Source: the human T2T-CHM13v2.0 reference genome, Homo sapiens | Direction: 5' to 3' (one strand) | Assembly: GCF_009914755.1 (NCBI RefSeq) | Contig: NC_060947.1 | Length of the DNA: 64,000 nt | In this document: positions 30,456 to 45,521 of the stretch, piece by piece | Layout: the number at the start of each line of letters is the position of its first letter | How positions within the stretch are numbered: position 1 is the stretch's first letter | The notes under the pieces: model-generated | The model's input: only the letters and a program-made list of their open reading frames with translations | Told to the model about the DNA's origin: nothing | Database searches by the model: none | Translations under genes and position numbers: made by a program

Positions 30456-31212
30456 TGACTGACATTAAAAGTCAGTCAGTGTAACTTACCATATTAACAT
30501 ATTTAAGGAGGATACTCATATTCTCATCTCAACAGATGTGGAAGAAGTGACATAAGCAAACAGAAGGGAAGTTCCCACTCTGAAAAGAGATACATATCAA
30601 AAGCCTGTAATAAATTCCATACATCAAAAGCATTCCCTTTTAGAAAGGGGAATCACACAGGATGCCTACCATCATCTCTTCTACTCAACATTGTACTAGA
30701 GGTCCTGGCCATTGCAGTAAGGCAAGAAAAAGAAGGAAGAAAAAAATGATATTATTTACGGATGAGAAGGTTGTGTTCATAGAAAAATCAAAGGAATTAC
30801 TATTACCACTATTACTACAATTTTAAAGGGTTTATCAAGATTGCTGAATATATTAATGTGCAAAAATAAAATTTTTATTTATCAGCAATTGTTAGAAATA
30901 AAATGTTGAAAGACATGCCATTTTGTTAACATCAACATAGAACAAGTACCTGAAATAAATTTAATAAAATATGTGAAATATGTTACTGGATATACCGAGC
31001 AAATAAAGCCAGACACAATCTATTTATAGAAAGCTCAACAACAAGCAAAACTATACAATTTAGAGATAGGTAGCAAAATTTAAAAACAAAACAAGGAAGT
31101 GATTTTTCATAAAGTCAGGATACCTTTGGGAGAAATGCATAATGATTGGAAGGAGAAGCAGGGGGCTTCTGGGCCCTGGCATGTTGTATTTGTTGACTTC
31201 AGTGGTGGTTAG

Positions 31213-31595
<383 letters not shown>

Positions 31596-32976
31596 TCAGA
31601 AAAATTTTTAAATTCCCAAGCAGCAGCTACAAAACAGGGGAATCCATATGGTAACTGCATCTTTTAAGACGTAAGGATAATTAATTTGAAATAATCACTT
31701 GATGAAATGCCTTTATTAAATATCATATCTTTAAAAAGACAGAGAACTAACAGACGGTCTTCTTACCAAGACAGCTAAAACCATGGGTTTTAAAGTCAGA
31801 AAATTTGGGTTTCAATTTTGCTCCACCACTTTCTAGAAATGCAGTCTTCAGAAAGTGTTTTAGCTAAGTCTACTTTTCTCTACTGCAGAATGAGAGTTCT
31901 ACTTAACTCATGAGGCTCAGAGAAGACACATCTAAAGTGTCTTATCATAGAAATAAAGTGGGAATCGCTTTTGTAATGATCACGACTGTAACCAGAAGGT
32001 GGGCACCTTCCCACTTTTATGAATAAGTCCACAATCTTGAACTGACACAAAAAGTTCTAAGCAAAGGCATTCCCAGCCATTTGGTTAATAAAAACTGACC
32101 ATCAGGAACAATATCACTTGAATTATTAAATGGTGACAAGTTTTACAGAACTCACAATAAATTACATTTAACGCATTCAAAAAATATGGCTTTACTAGGC
32201 TGTTCTAACATTTTTTCTCTGAAAGAATCCCTCTTACATACATATGACCACAGTATAACTTTTACATAAAAATAATAAACAAACTTCACAGGCTGAGAAC
32301 ATTAAGGATATATTAATATACGTCACTCATCAATAGCGATCATTCATCACATTAGTCCACATGTATTCAAACACACAGATATTCACCATGACAACATGAG
32401 CTGCCCACAAGCTCTTATTCTCCCAGTCCACCTCAGTCCTATGCATTCACAGGACAAGCAACCAAAGGTCATGGAGGATCCACTCAATGTTTGAGAAACA
32501 GTGTAATAAGATGGAAAAAGAACATATCTAAGAGACAAACAAATCTGCTTTCAAACCCTGGCTATGCCACTTCCTAAGTAGGTATCCTCTTGAAGCCTCA
32601 GCATCCCAAGTTGTCCACCTGGAATAAAACCAACCTCACAGGACTGTTTTACAGAAACTCTTCACTGCAGAATGCTGGGGCCGTCATTCTCCTGAGTGAA
32701 GCAACCTCAAATACCCCATTCCACCAGACTGGGCTTATTTCCTCACAAAGATTGATTCCTTGCTAAGTGTTTTGTAACAAGTGGCTAATACAACCATTAT
32801 TAAGACATCTCCTGAAGTATGTGGGTTAGAATCCCAGAAACTCAGAGAGCTAGAAAAGAGCTCTGAGACCACCAAGATGTAACAGACTCTCTGCTGATCC
32901 ACCTAAACTTACATGTTTTTCTATCATTTTGCAGATCAGTACAAGGTAGTTAACTGTTAAAGACTTGGTCCGCATC

Positions 32977-33268
32977 AGCCAGGCTCACTGGCTCACGCCT
33001 GTAATCCCAGCACTTTGGGAGGCGGAGGTGGGTGAATCACCTGAGGTCAGGAGTTCAACACCAGCCTGGCTAACATGGTGAAACCCCGTCTCTACTAAAA
33101 AAAAAAAAAAAAAAAAATTAGCTGGGCATGGTGGCACACACCTGTAGTCTCAGCTACTCGGGAGGCTGAGACAGGAGAATCGGAGGCAGAGGCTGCAGTG
33201 AGCCAAGATCATGCTGCTGCACTCCAGCCCGGGCTATAGAACAAGACTCCATCTCAAAAAAAAACAAA
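32977..33268 (+). mobile_element. AluS with short right-arm deletion
   Basis: Dimer with expanded middle A run. Confidence 0.92.
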
Positions 33269-33283
33269 AGAGATTTGGTCCAT

Positions 33284-33371
33284 ATGAAGAATACATGATT
33301 TCAAAATTCAAATTAATACAAATCCAACATGAAGAATACATGATTTCAAAATTCAAATTAATACAAATCCA
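33284..33371. repeat. Tandem duplication of a 43-bp unit, period 45
   Basis: ATGAAGAATACATGATTTCAAAATTCAAATTAATACAAATCCA occurs at 33284 and 33329, identical. Confidence 0.95.
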
Positions 33372-33640
33372 TCATTTCGGGTCAGACATCTCAAGGGCAA
33401 ACAATTCATTGCTTATTAAGAAATATGCATGGACGCTCCAGAATTGTCCTGCCAGAACAACACTGCTTCCTTAGTTAATCTGTCTGACTCAGTCACTCAC
33501 ATTCAATTTCCCTTAAGTATGGCTTTAAATCTAAGGTTGAGAATTTCAGCAGTCAAACTGAATATTGATTCTTTTTATTGCAATCAAGTTTCCAATTTTC
33601 CAATTTTTGTTCACCCACAGGGTGGCTGGATATCCTACAG

Positions 33641-33869
33641 CAGCAGTTGGCAAACTTTTTCTACAAAAGGTCAGAGAGTAAATATTTTTGGTTTTGTTAG
33701 CCATATGGTCTCTGTTGCAACTATTCAATTCTGCCCTTGAAAGACAAAAGCGATCACAGACAATATATAAATAAACGAATGTGGATGTTTTCTAATAAAA
33801 CTTTATTGACAGAAGCAAGCGTCCAGGCCAGATTTGGCCTACCCAAAGGTCTTTGTTTGCCTGCCCCTG
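33641..33869 (+). mobile_element. MER58A hAT-Charlie element
   Basis: CAGCAGTTGGCAAACTTTTTCT...AATAAAACTTTATT...TTTGCCTGCCCCTG. Confidence 0.85.
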
Positions 33870-33877
33870 CCACAGAA

Positions 33878-34230
33878 CAGTGCTTCTCAAACTTTAATGC
33901 ACATCTGACTCACACACAGGTATCTTGTTAAACTGCAGATTCTAATTCAGTGGATCTGGAGTGGGGCCTCAGATTCTGTATTTCTAACAAGCTCCCAGGT
34001 CATGCTGATGTTGCTAGTCCAAGGACTACACTTTAAGTAAGAGTCTAAAAGAATAGTTGCACATTACCATCATATAGGTAGTTTAAACACACACACACAC
34101 ACATACACACACACAAATGCCTATACCCCACCTTGGATCAATTGAATGAGAATTTGAGGAACACAGTCATTTACATTTTGTAAAAACTTCTCCAGATGGT
34201 TCTAATGTGCACTTAGGACTGACATTACCA
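33878..34230. mobile_element. MER5A plus adjacent MER5-like relic with a (CA)n run
   Basis: CAGTGCTTCTCAAACTTTAATG...GCAGATTCTAATTCAGTGGATCTGGAGTGGGGCC...TTTCTAACAAGCTCCCAGGT. Confidence 0.8.
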
Positions 34231-34491
34231 AATTAGAAGAAAAGATGGTAAAGAAACACATTTGTCAGTACTTTGTAATCAAAAGATGGCTTTAATAATT
34301 ATATGGTACTTTTCCTATCCTGCTGAAAAGAGAAAGAAAAGTTGGGTGAAGAACAACACAAAAGATTAGGCTGTATTTAAAAAATTTAATGATTAAGGGA
34401 GTTATTTGATATAAGTGAATTAAAGACATATAATCAACTTCTCTAGAGAACCATATTTCATGTTTGAGCATATTTGGGAATTGTCATGTTA

Positions 34492-34893
<402 letters not shown>

Positions 34894-36633
34894 TTACTCA
34901 AAATGTAATGTTTTAAATCATAAAGGAAAGCATTCTTAATAAAAAGTAGCAAATAGAATTATGATTTTTGTTCTGTATTGTCTGCTTTGTGAAAAATATA
35001 TTTCTACCCAAATTCCAGGGATTCTTACTTTATTTTCCAAATTTTTCCTATAAAAAATAAGTTACTACTATAGCAATATTTTCCCTCCCTGATTTTATTT
35101 CCCGCTCATTTATTCTAGTTTTCTGCACATAGCAACCACAGAAATCTCTGTTATAAGCTGCTTATAGCACTAGAATCCTTGGCAACATTCAGGAATGAAT
35201 ATATCTTAAAACTATGAGAACAATTAGCTGAATACCATAGTTTCAAATATCTCTAAAGTGCTATTTCTGCTGAATCTATCCCAGATCTGTCAATTCTTAT
35301 GAGTAATACATCTCTCTTTATCCTCATCCAGGCAGACTAGTGAAGGCTGCAGCAGAATAAACTGGTTCATAAGTTTGCTCATTATTACTGTGTTTTAGAG
35401 CTAAAGACATGAATTCCCTGCATGTATAGCTGAACTACTGATTATTTAGTATGTATGTATATATTTTATTTCCCAACAAAAGCGGCAAATAATGGGATAA
35501 TCTTTATTCAGATTTTGAGAATGTTTTAGTCTGTAGGTAAGAATTTAGCTGTTAGCATCATAGCTATTTGAATCAATGGAATATTGGTGGGCTGCTGTGC
35601 TTTATCAACATATTTTACCTAGAAATAAGCAGAAATTAAGACAATGAATGTGACTCTTTGCATAAGGTTCTCCTGTTTGTTGACAAATTTGTAAGTGAGT
35701 GATGGATTAACATCTACCCCAAAAAACCTCATCACATTTAGGCACAGAAAGGGCCAGTAAAGATACAATCACAGCCTCTTCTCTTAAACTCCTTCAATAA
35801 TGAGGCTTACCAGAATCAAGATTAATCATACACATCCATGTGTGCACATGGATACATATAGAGATATGTATGTGTACCTATTATTTTAAAGCATATATAT
35901 AACCATATACAGCAAAGTATGAAAAATACTGCATTAGCTAAAATATAATTAAGACTATCCCCAAAAAGCCCTAATGAGTCATTTCTTTATTCTTTTTTAA
36001 AAGTTTCCTCTTAAGCCCATATATAGAGAAGGCACGGGGGAGGTTGATAATCAGTAGAATGAGGAATTTTTTCCACGTTGTATTCACCAGCAGGTTGTTC
36101 CAGTCTAATGATTCATGACCTCTTAGGTATATGATGGGACAGCTTGCTCTTGGCAGGGTTTGGCATGAGTCACTCCATAGCAGATTCACGGTCCTCGATG
36201 ACCAAACCATGCAGTTTGCCCATGAAGGGCTCACAGCCCACCACAAGGCGGCACCCCAGGGAAGGAAGAGCCTAAGGTTGGAAGGTTCCAGTGAAAAATA
36301 CACACTGCGCTGTATGAGGGAAGTGGCATGCATCAACATGATATATAAAAACACACAATTCACTGATGAAATACTGCATTTGTGTAGTAATGTCAGCATC
36401 TGATGACAGTATTATCTTCAGTACTTTGAAAAGGATTGGTTGAAGGGGCAAAATTAATTTGACCTGTGATTAGGGCCCTAAGGCAATCTGGAAGATTGAT
36501 GTAATCTGGAAGAAGATAACAATCTATTAAATGTTAGACTGACTGTTTTTTTCTCTTTAAAAAAAATCAAGATTCTTCAGATACTTTTCTCAATTTCACA
36601 CAAATACAAAAAGTTACCCTTTATTATTGATAC

Positions 36634-36837
36634 CAGGGCGCTAAAGTTATTCCATAAGGGCCAGAGAGTAAAGGTTTAAGCTGTGCAGGCCATATAGTGA
36701 TCTCTGTCACTCTGACATTGACGTCATGAAAGTAGCCATAGACAATTAGGTAAATAAATGGACGTGGCTGTGTTTCAATTTTATTTATAAACACAGGCAC
36801 AGATTCGGCCCCACAGGCCATAGTTTGCCCTAAACCC
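36634..36837 (+). mobile_element. MER58A hAT-Charlie element
   Basis: AAGGGCCAGAGAGTAAA...GCCATAGACAAT...GGCTGTGTTTCAAT...GGCCATAGTTTGCC. Confidence 0.8.
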
Positions 36838-36894
36838 AGGCAAACATCTTACGTTGAGTTGACTAGGCATCTGAGAATTTGGAGAGAATTTTCA

Positions 36895-37192
<298 letters not shown>

Positions 37193-37348
37193 TTAGTGCC
37201 CACACCACGCTTCCAGTGAGTTAGGTCCTCTGACACATAATCTATACATAAGGAAACTCAAGAACACGATTACTATCAAGTAATAGGGACATGTAGCAAA
37301 AAGAGTATTTATTAATAGTTCAAGAATTACCATTTTGTTTCAAAGATT

Positions 37349-37769
37349 CTATCTTAGTCTGCTTTCTATTGCTTATAATAGAATATCTGAAACTGGTTAA
37401 TTTATAAAGAAAAGGAATTTATTTCTTACAGTTATGGAAGCTGAGAAGTCCAACGTCAAGAGTCTGCATCTGGTGAGGGTCTTCTCTCTGGTGGGGACTC
37501 TCTGCAGAGTCCCAAGGCAGCATAGAGCATCATATGATGATGGGCATTTTAGCTCAGGTCATTCTTCCTCTTTTTATAAAGCCACAAGTCCCACTCCCCT
37601 GATAACTCATTAATCCATTAAGCCACTGATCCATTAACCCACGAACCCATTAATCCATGAATGGATTAATCCATTCATGAAGGCAGAACCCCCATGACTC
37701 CAATCACCTCTTAAAGGCCCCACCTCTCAATACTGTCACATTCTTGGAGGGGACATTCAACTCATAGCA
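37349..37769 (-). mobile_element. MSTC/MSTD-like MaLR solo LTR
   Basis: TCTTAGTC...GGGGACTCTCTGCAGAGTCCC...ATGGATTAATCCATTCATG...GGACATTCAACTCATAGCA. Confidence 0.85.
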
Positions 37770-38018
37770 GACTCTAAATGTTGCATCTTAGATTACTTAT
37801 AATACTGTTGGAGTTTGATCTCCTAAGATCAAAATAAGACTTCTCGAATTCAAATAAACCAAATAAAATGTCATGGACCAACAGCTTTTGCATCAAGATT
37901 AAACCTTGTAGGTAAAATAACATTTTCTTAGAAGTTCAAAGAAGAAAAACCACACTTCTAAATTATTACTGTTCTAACTATGCCTGTTTTTAAATACTGT
38001 ATACACTATAGAAAACTC

Positions 38019-38323
<305 letters not shown>

Positions 38324-39007
38324 TAAAACTGTAAATATTATTGATTTATTCATTATGGTCAAATTAAAAGGGAAATAATAATTCAAAAAGAAAACGAATC
38401 CATTTCTTTTCTTTTAAAACATCCATTTCTCCAAAAGTTTCCTAAGGACTACCTACATCATTGTTGTTCAAAGTTTAATGTACATCTAATGTCCTGGGGA
38501 TGTTGTTAAAGTGTAGAATTTGATTCAGTAGCTCTGAGATGGGGCCCAAGATACTGCATCCCACTTTGGGATGTGAGGAGCCCAGGAATTTTAAATTATC
38601 TCCCCAGTAATGATGTACTTTTTAAAGGACTGAAGAATAATCATCCACAAATTCAGCCTATATTTACTTTAATGATCCACAGCATTGTGTATATTCGTGT
38701 TAAAACTCAAGAAAAGTCAAGTTCCATCCAAACAGCAGGACCAAAATAGCACATTTAGTACCATGGTAAAATTACATCTTTAAAGGGAACTAGCATTTGC
38801 TGGCAGCCTATTTATTTTGCAAGGCAATGTGCACCATGCTTTCCATACATCATTTCTTTTAATCCTTCCATTTCAGTGGAGGCAACTAAAGACAGAGTCC
38901 CTGCCTAAGGTCAGAATCTGGATTCAACAGAAATCAGCCTGTCTCTACCTGCTATTTTTGCTTCTTTCTATTTTTATGTTCTATCTTATCATCTCATCTC
39001 CCTCCAG

Positions 39008-39280
39008 GTAGTAGATAGGATTATTATTCCCAACTATTCTTCCCTCCCTCCTTATAATAGGAGGAAGCATCCCTGCTCATTGTCACGGGGGAGAAGTGTA
39101 CGTCCCCACTTCATTGACTTTGGCCCTATGACACACTTTGACCAATAAAATGTGTGCAGATATGACACTGACTACCTCCAAGCAGAAGTTTTAACTGAGT
39201 TTCACAGTTGGAATAGGCCCGCTTGTTTTCCTGGTCTCCACCAATGGCACATCCCAGATAGAAACTGTTCTTTCAGCATT
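39008..39280 (+). mobile_element. Old MLT1 (I/J-like) LTR fragment
   Basis: CTTTGACCAATAAAATGTG...AAGCAGAAGTTTTAA...TCCCAGATAGAAACTGTTC. Confidence 0.55.
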
Positions 39281-39309
39281 ACTTTTAACAAGAGAAACTT
39301 AGAAATAGC

Positions 39310-39829
<520 letters not shown>

Positions 39830-39936
39830 TTTACGTGCAATAAAACCTCACGGTCATCAGGAGCAGCATGACCTGGTGTAATTTAACCACTCCATGCCTG
39901 TTTCCTCGCCCCACAAAAGGATTTAATAATATATAG

Positions 39937-40256
39937 GTGGCTCAGGCCTGTAATCCCAGCACTTCGGGAGGCCGTGGCAGGTGGACCATGTGAGGTCAGG
40001 AGTTTGAGACCAGCCTGGCCAACATGGCAAAACCCCGTCTCTACCAAAAATACAAAAATTAGCCAGGCATGGTGGCACACACTTGTAATCCCAGCTACTC
40101 AGGAGACTGAGGCACAAGATTCGCTTGAACCCAGCAGACGGAGGTTGCAGGGAGGCCGAGGCTGCAGTGAGCCTAGATCACGCCACTGCACTCCAGCCTG
40201 GATGACAAGAGCAAAACTCCGTATAAAAAAAAAAAAAGAAAAAAGAAAAAAAAGAA
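39937..40256 (+). mobile_element. AluS with slight 5' truncation and internal duplication
   Basis: GGAGGTTGCAG-GGAGGCCGAGGCTGCAG duplication in the right arm. Confidence 0.9.
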
Positions 40257-40359
40257 ATACATCAATGAAGCATTAACCAAAGACAATGTTCAAGGCAATT
40301 TAAGACCCCCCAGCAGTCCATGGACTCAGCTAATAAGGCAATCCTACAGCAGAGACCAC

Positions 40360-41021
40360 TTTTGAGGAGCTTCATGATTACACTGATCCCACCCAGATAA
40401 TCCAGGATAATTTCCCTATTTTAAAGTCAGCTGAGTAGCAGCCTTAATTCCATTTCCAAATCTTAATTCCCCTTTGCCATATAACATGCTCACAGGTTCC
40501 AGGGATTAGGATACATAGACATCTTTGGAGGGTGTCTTAGCCCATTTTGTCTTACTCCATTTTGTATTGCTATAAAAAAAAACAAAACAAAACCTGAGAC
40601 AAGGCAATTTATAAAGAAGAGGTTTTCTTAGCTCACAGCTCTGCAGGCTAAAAAGTTCAAGGGCATGGCCCTGGCTTCCGGCAATGGCTTTCATGCTACA
40701 TCACAACATGGCAGAGAAGGTCAAAAAGGAAAGAGACACTTGTGAAGACAGAAAACCTGAGGGGCGTCCTGGCTTTATAACAACCCACTCACTCAGGAGC
40801 TAATCCATTCTCCGTGGGAACTAATCCAGTCTAGGGAGAGCAACAACTCGCTACTGTGAAAACAGCACCAACCCATTCATGAAGGATCCACCCCTATGAT
40901 CCAAACACCTCCCATTAATTAGGCCCCACCTCTAACACTGGGGAACAAACTTCAGCTTAAGTTTTGCTGGGGAGAAACCATATCCAAACCACAGCAGAGA
41001 GCCATTATTCTACCTATCACA
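40360..41021 (-). mobile_element. MLT1B/C LTR fragment with a nested MSTB-like LTR (40533-40996)
   Basis: CCCAGATAATCCAGGATAAT...ACATCTTTGGAGGG | TGTCTTAG...CCAAACCACAGCA | GAGAGCCATTATTCTACCTATCACA. Confidence 0.82.
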
Positions 41022-41199
41022 CTGTGCTACTTCATATAAAATAATTTAATATTTAATAAACTGGCTAATACCATAGATTCCCATAACAACATACACCATG
41101 AAGTCGTTTCTGATCTTATACTTTTCTCTTCCCTGTGGCTAATCAACATTCAGTCTCTTAAAGCAGTACTTATCTATAGAAGTGTACTTAAATGAATGA

Positions 41200-42410
41200 T
41201 TGTTCTCTCTCATTTATTCAGCACTGACGGAGGGTTAAGTCCCATAGAAATAAATCAGACACAGTCTCTGCCACAAGGCACTCACCCACTAGAGGCAGGA
41301 ACAAAATGGAGAGGATGAAGTGAAATCCCAGCACTGATATCAGGGCTACTAGAGGGACCTTTAAAGTTCTGTGGAGCTGTAACTGAGGTTGCTGGTGAAG
41401 ACTTCTCTGAAGAGTGCATTTGGGCTGAATGTTTATGGAAGAAAAGAGAAGCAAGGGGCTGAAGCCTTAAGATTCAACATGGTGTCAAGGGTGTGAGGAA
41501 GCAGCCCACCATGCTGGTGATCACAGATGGCGGCTGAGTAGGGAGTTGACTACAGGTTGATGCTGAATTCTACTGGAGAATAGCATCACTTAAAAAACTA
41601 GAAAGGGAAGAGGAATCCAGCCTAGATCCTGAGAAGAAAGGATCATATAGGCTAAAAGAAGAAGAAAAAGTACCCAGAAACTGGCAGCAAGTTAAAAACA
41701 GACAGGTGTCATTGAGAAACAGCCACTGGAGTCCACCGTTAGGTCATTGATGAGCAAAAGCCAGATCAGCGTCCCTAAGGGAGGCCAGGAAACAAATTGC
41801 AACAAACTGGGGAGTTAAGGGGACAAGAGAAGGCAGGGAACAGAAAGAAATAAGAAGAGTAACAAGAGGAAGGTGGAGGACAAGAAGGCAGGGGATGACA
41901 GAGAGGAAGGGGAGAGTCAGGAGGGAGGGAAGGAACTTTCCTGAGCTACTACCAAGCACCAGTCCCTGTACTTGTACATTACCATATAAGGAATTAATCG
42001 AAGTTGAAAAAGCTATGAGTCTTCTTACCAGTTTCCTTTTCAATAGTCAAGTATTGAAAAGAAGCGGTATGTAGGATGAAGTAAACAGTCTTACAAGTTT
42101 GGACACATTTGTAGACCAAGAAGAACCAACAGAAAGGGAGAGCAAGACAAAATAGGTCATAGACAGAATGACTGTTAGATTAGGTCCCAGAGGAGGCAAA
42201 AATGGGTGGGAATCAAGAGCACAGGTAGGGGATTGGTTTTGGGTGAGAGACAGAGGACCCTCTTCTCTGAAGTGGGTAGAGGTGCTATACCATCCAAATG
42301 GAAGGAGAGGGCTGTGAAATAGGAGGGAAGTGAAAGATATCAGTGGGGATAGGGAGAAGGAAAATAGAGAATCCCAAAGTTTGAAAGCAAAAGAAATCTC
42401 CTTCATTATT
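41200..42410 (-). mobile_element. L2 relic
   Basis: Antisense L2 3' signature and the peptide SPTCALDSHPF, resembling the L2 PSTCALDPIP motif. Confidence 0.6.
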
Positions 42411-42794
42411 TTGGTACTTGATCAAAATTATAGTCCTAATTATACAAATCAGAGTTTAAGCAAAACTCTTTGTGGTTATACCTTGAAGCAGCTCTGTTAA
42501 CTTAGGTAAGTCAGTTAAACTTCATAAGCTACAACTTAAAAGAGGGGAATTTGGTGATTCTAGTGTCCCTTCCAGCTCTACATTTCAATGGCTCCAAGGA
42601 CAGAGCTCAAACCCTAACCATAGTGTCAGCTTACCTACCAAAAACAAACAAAAACAGTCATATGGGAACAAAACTCAAGGTGAACGTAATTTAAATACCT
42701 TTGGGTCATTTTCGCATCTTGCTTTTGAGAGTGACAGCCACAACAGATGGTTACTGCTGACAAGGGCTGCATCATTAGTCCTAATGATAATCGA

Positions 42795-43010
42795 TGTTTT
42801 TATAGCCCTTTACTATTTATAAAGAGCCTTCACACATGAAATGTTTTATTGGCTTCCCCAAACACCCACATGAGATAGGTAAAGCTACTGTACTATTTAT
42901 TCTATCCACTTTCTAGTTGAGGAAACTGAGGCTTATAGTTGATGACTTGCCCAAGGCACCAAAGCAGACAGTGCCTATGACTCGAATTCAGGTACTCCAG
43001 ATTCAAAAAT
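42795..43010 (-). mobile_element. MIR
   Basis: TGAGGAAACTGAGGCTT...TGACTTGCCCAAGG core. Confidence 0.75.
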
Positions 43011-43775
43011 CACTATTTCATTTTTATTTGTTTACATGCCGTTTAGTGCTCTTTACACACAACTCCTTGCTTCTTCATTAGGTTGGAAATAGAAAATTTT
43101 AAAGAGTTAAAAGAAATTTGCATACTTTCATTCTTTTAATTGATCCTGGCAATACAGTTTGTTGAAACGCATGTATAACCTTAATTTCCAAGTGATAAAT
43201 GACTGATTGGAATCCAAAGGGCAGAGATAGCATTAGGATTCAAGTATTTCAATGTTCTCATTCTCGGGATGAGTGAACAGAGGCCTCACTGGCAAATGGC
43301 TTGTGGAAGCAGAGCCAACACTAGAACTCAGGGCCTCCATCAACCCTGGGGCTTTCGGCACTGGCCAAGTCTTACACAGCTTCAAACAAAAGTTAACGGA
43401 ATTGCTCCTTAACAATAAAATGGTTCAGATTTAAATAATTTGGGGAGCTCATTCTCTTGTTTTTACATGTGCAAACCATATGGACACTGCCTATTAGTGG
43501 TACTAGAATTCTCTGGAGCAAATTCTCTTCTCAAATGGGAGGGTTTGTAATGACAGTCATGCCTCATTTTACTACATGAGAAGTAAATGGATCCAATAAG
43601 GAATCCATCTGAGGGAGCTTTAAAGCAACTGAAACTGCCTCCATTACCATCTTCTACCTACAAAGTGTTTTCTAGACAAATTAAAATTTGAAAAACTTAA
43701 AAAATGCAATGAAAATATTTTGAAGACAACCATATTGTCTAAGTATTCCCATTTTCCTCCTTTGAAAATATTGTA

Positions 43776-43786
43776 ATGAGTCAGCA
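43776..43786. promoter_or_regulatory. MARE/ARE (CNC-sMaf, AP-1) motif
   Basis: ATGAGTCAGCA, reverse complement TGCTGACTCAT. Confidence 0.45.
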
Positions 43787-43929
43787 GGTGCTTACTACCA
43801 AAATTACTTTTTATCATGAAGCTAAAAAATGTTTAATGTTTAAACAGAAGACTCCATGAGAATAGATGAGAACATGCAAATGCTGCATATTATGAAGTTA
43901 CAGATCCCATCTTACATGTTGCATGGAGA

Positions 43930-45300
43930 AAAATCTCTGAGGCTTCCATTAGACTATAAGGGACTCAAAAACAAGAATGCCAGAGGAAGGGAACGCTGCT
44001 GAGGTGAGCTGATAGTCTGATTTCCTTTCCTCCGGGGAATTGAGAACTCTGAGCTCATCCTAATGAGACTTGTGAAGAGAAGGGATTTCTGCTGGGAGAA
44101 AGAGAACCAGCAAAGCTTTATGGTGAATACACAAAAGCTGATGTGACAGATGGGAACTATTCCCGTTTACTCAGTTCTGGGGAAAGAGAGTGAGATATTA
44201 GGCTAAGGGTTTCTAGAAGGCAGAGTGAAATCTCCTACAGTTTCATAGTGCTTTGGAGACAGCATTTTAGGAGAGTAGGAGTGTTCCCTCAAATACATAA
44301 CCAGTTTTACCCTCAAACAGTTGCAAGAATTTGAAATTCGGGGAGCAGGAGGTTAAACTCAAGACCTCCAAAGGGCAGGACTGAATCTTCCACAGTTTTG
44401 CATCTTCCACAGTTTTGCAGGACTAAGAAAACAAAGGTCTTCCAGGCTTTTGATCAAAGTCCAGGAGAGCCATGCCTGAGAAGCACAGACAAGCATAGCT
44501 GGATTGAGTCTTCATAAAACTGCAATCTGGCCTTAACTTAGCTTAATTCTCAATGGAGTGAAAGTGTTCAGTCCTTCACTGCATTTACCTAACAAAGTAA
44601 AGAGGAGAAATTTTCTCTGGAGGAAGATATAATCTAGAGTTAGTAAGGTTCTTTTGGACATTATAATGCCCAACATAAAATTAAATAAGTATGAGACCTG
44701 AGAACTGCAAGAAAATGTAACCAATATTCAAGAGAAAAATAAGAAAGATGCAGATTCACAGATGATCCAGATATTGGATTTAGATGAGACCTTTAAAATA
44801 ACATGATTAATTGATTTAAAAAGTAAGAATAAAAACAGGAAATGGGTGAAAAGAGAAATTCACCAGAAATTTCAACAGAGAACTAGAAAGTAGCTTTAAA
44901 AAAGAATCAAATGGACATCCTAGAAAAAAAAATCTGAAATTAAGAAAAAATACAGTTATCCGAAATTAATCCACTGGATGGGTTTAATGGCAGACTGGAC
45001 ACAGCAAAACACAAGATTAGTAAACTGAATATAGAGGCTAATGAAAAATATCCATTATTAAAAGCCAAATAGAAAAAGGGGGAAAAAAGAAGCAGATCCT
45101 AAGAAATACCAAAGGGTCTCATGTCCTTGTAAATTGGAGAACCAGAAGGAGGGGAAAGACAGAATACGGCAGAATCAAACGAGATGATGGCTAAGAGTTT
45201 TCCAATACTGATAAAAGACATCAACCTTCAGAATCAAGCTCACCAGCCCAAAGCAGGATGGATATACAAGGAAATCAGAGTTGGACTTGTGAGTGTCAAA
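43930..45300 (+). mobile_element. Old L1M 5' UTR/ORF1 relic
   Basis: GATGATCCAGATATTGGA, AAGAATCAAATGGACATCCTAGAA and CACTGGATGGGTTTAATGGCAGACTGGACACAGCA. Confidence 0.7.
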
Positions 45301-45521
45301 TGCTTAGTACAAAAATATGGCAAAAACTGAGGAAGTCATATAGTAGCAGCAAACTGAGTCCAATACAACTTAGCCTCCTCTCCTTGGAAAGGTTATGATT
45401 GAGAACAGTGACTGGGGACTCACCCTAACACAATAATAAAATGTTACACTGTAGCACGGTTGTAGTCACTCTGCTCTTGACCAAGTACAGAAAACCCCAC
45501 AATAACATAAACTTGAATATG

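Noticed and set aside
35971-36403. 142-aa and 90-aa overlapping ORFs
   Set aside because: No recognisable family; composition not protein-like.
36363-36435. Two CTGATGA motifs suggesting a hammerhead ribozyme or C/D box
   Set aside because: I could not build stems I-III around the core; C-to-D spacing of about 40 nt is too short; wrong strand for the host transcript.
37656-37679. Perfect 24-bp palindrome CATGAATGGATTAATCCATTCATG
   Set aside because: As I recall, part of the MST LTR consensus, so not locus-specific.
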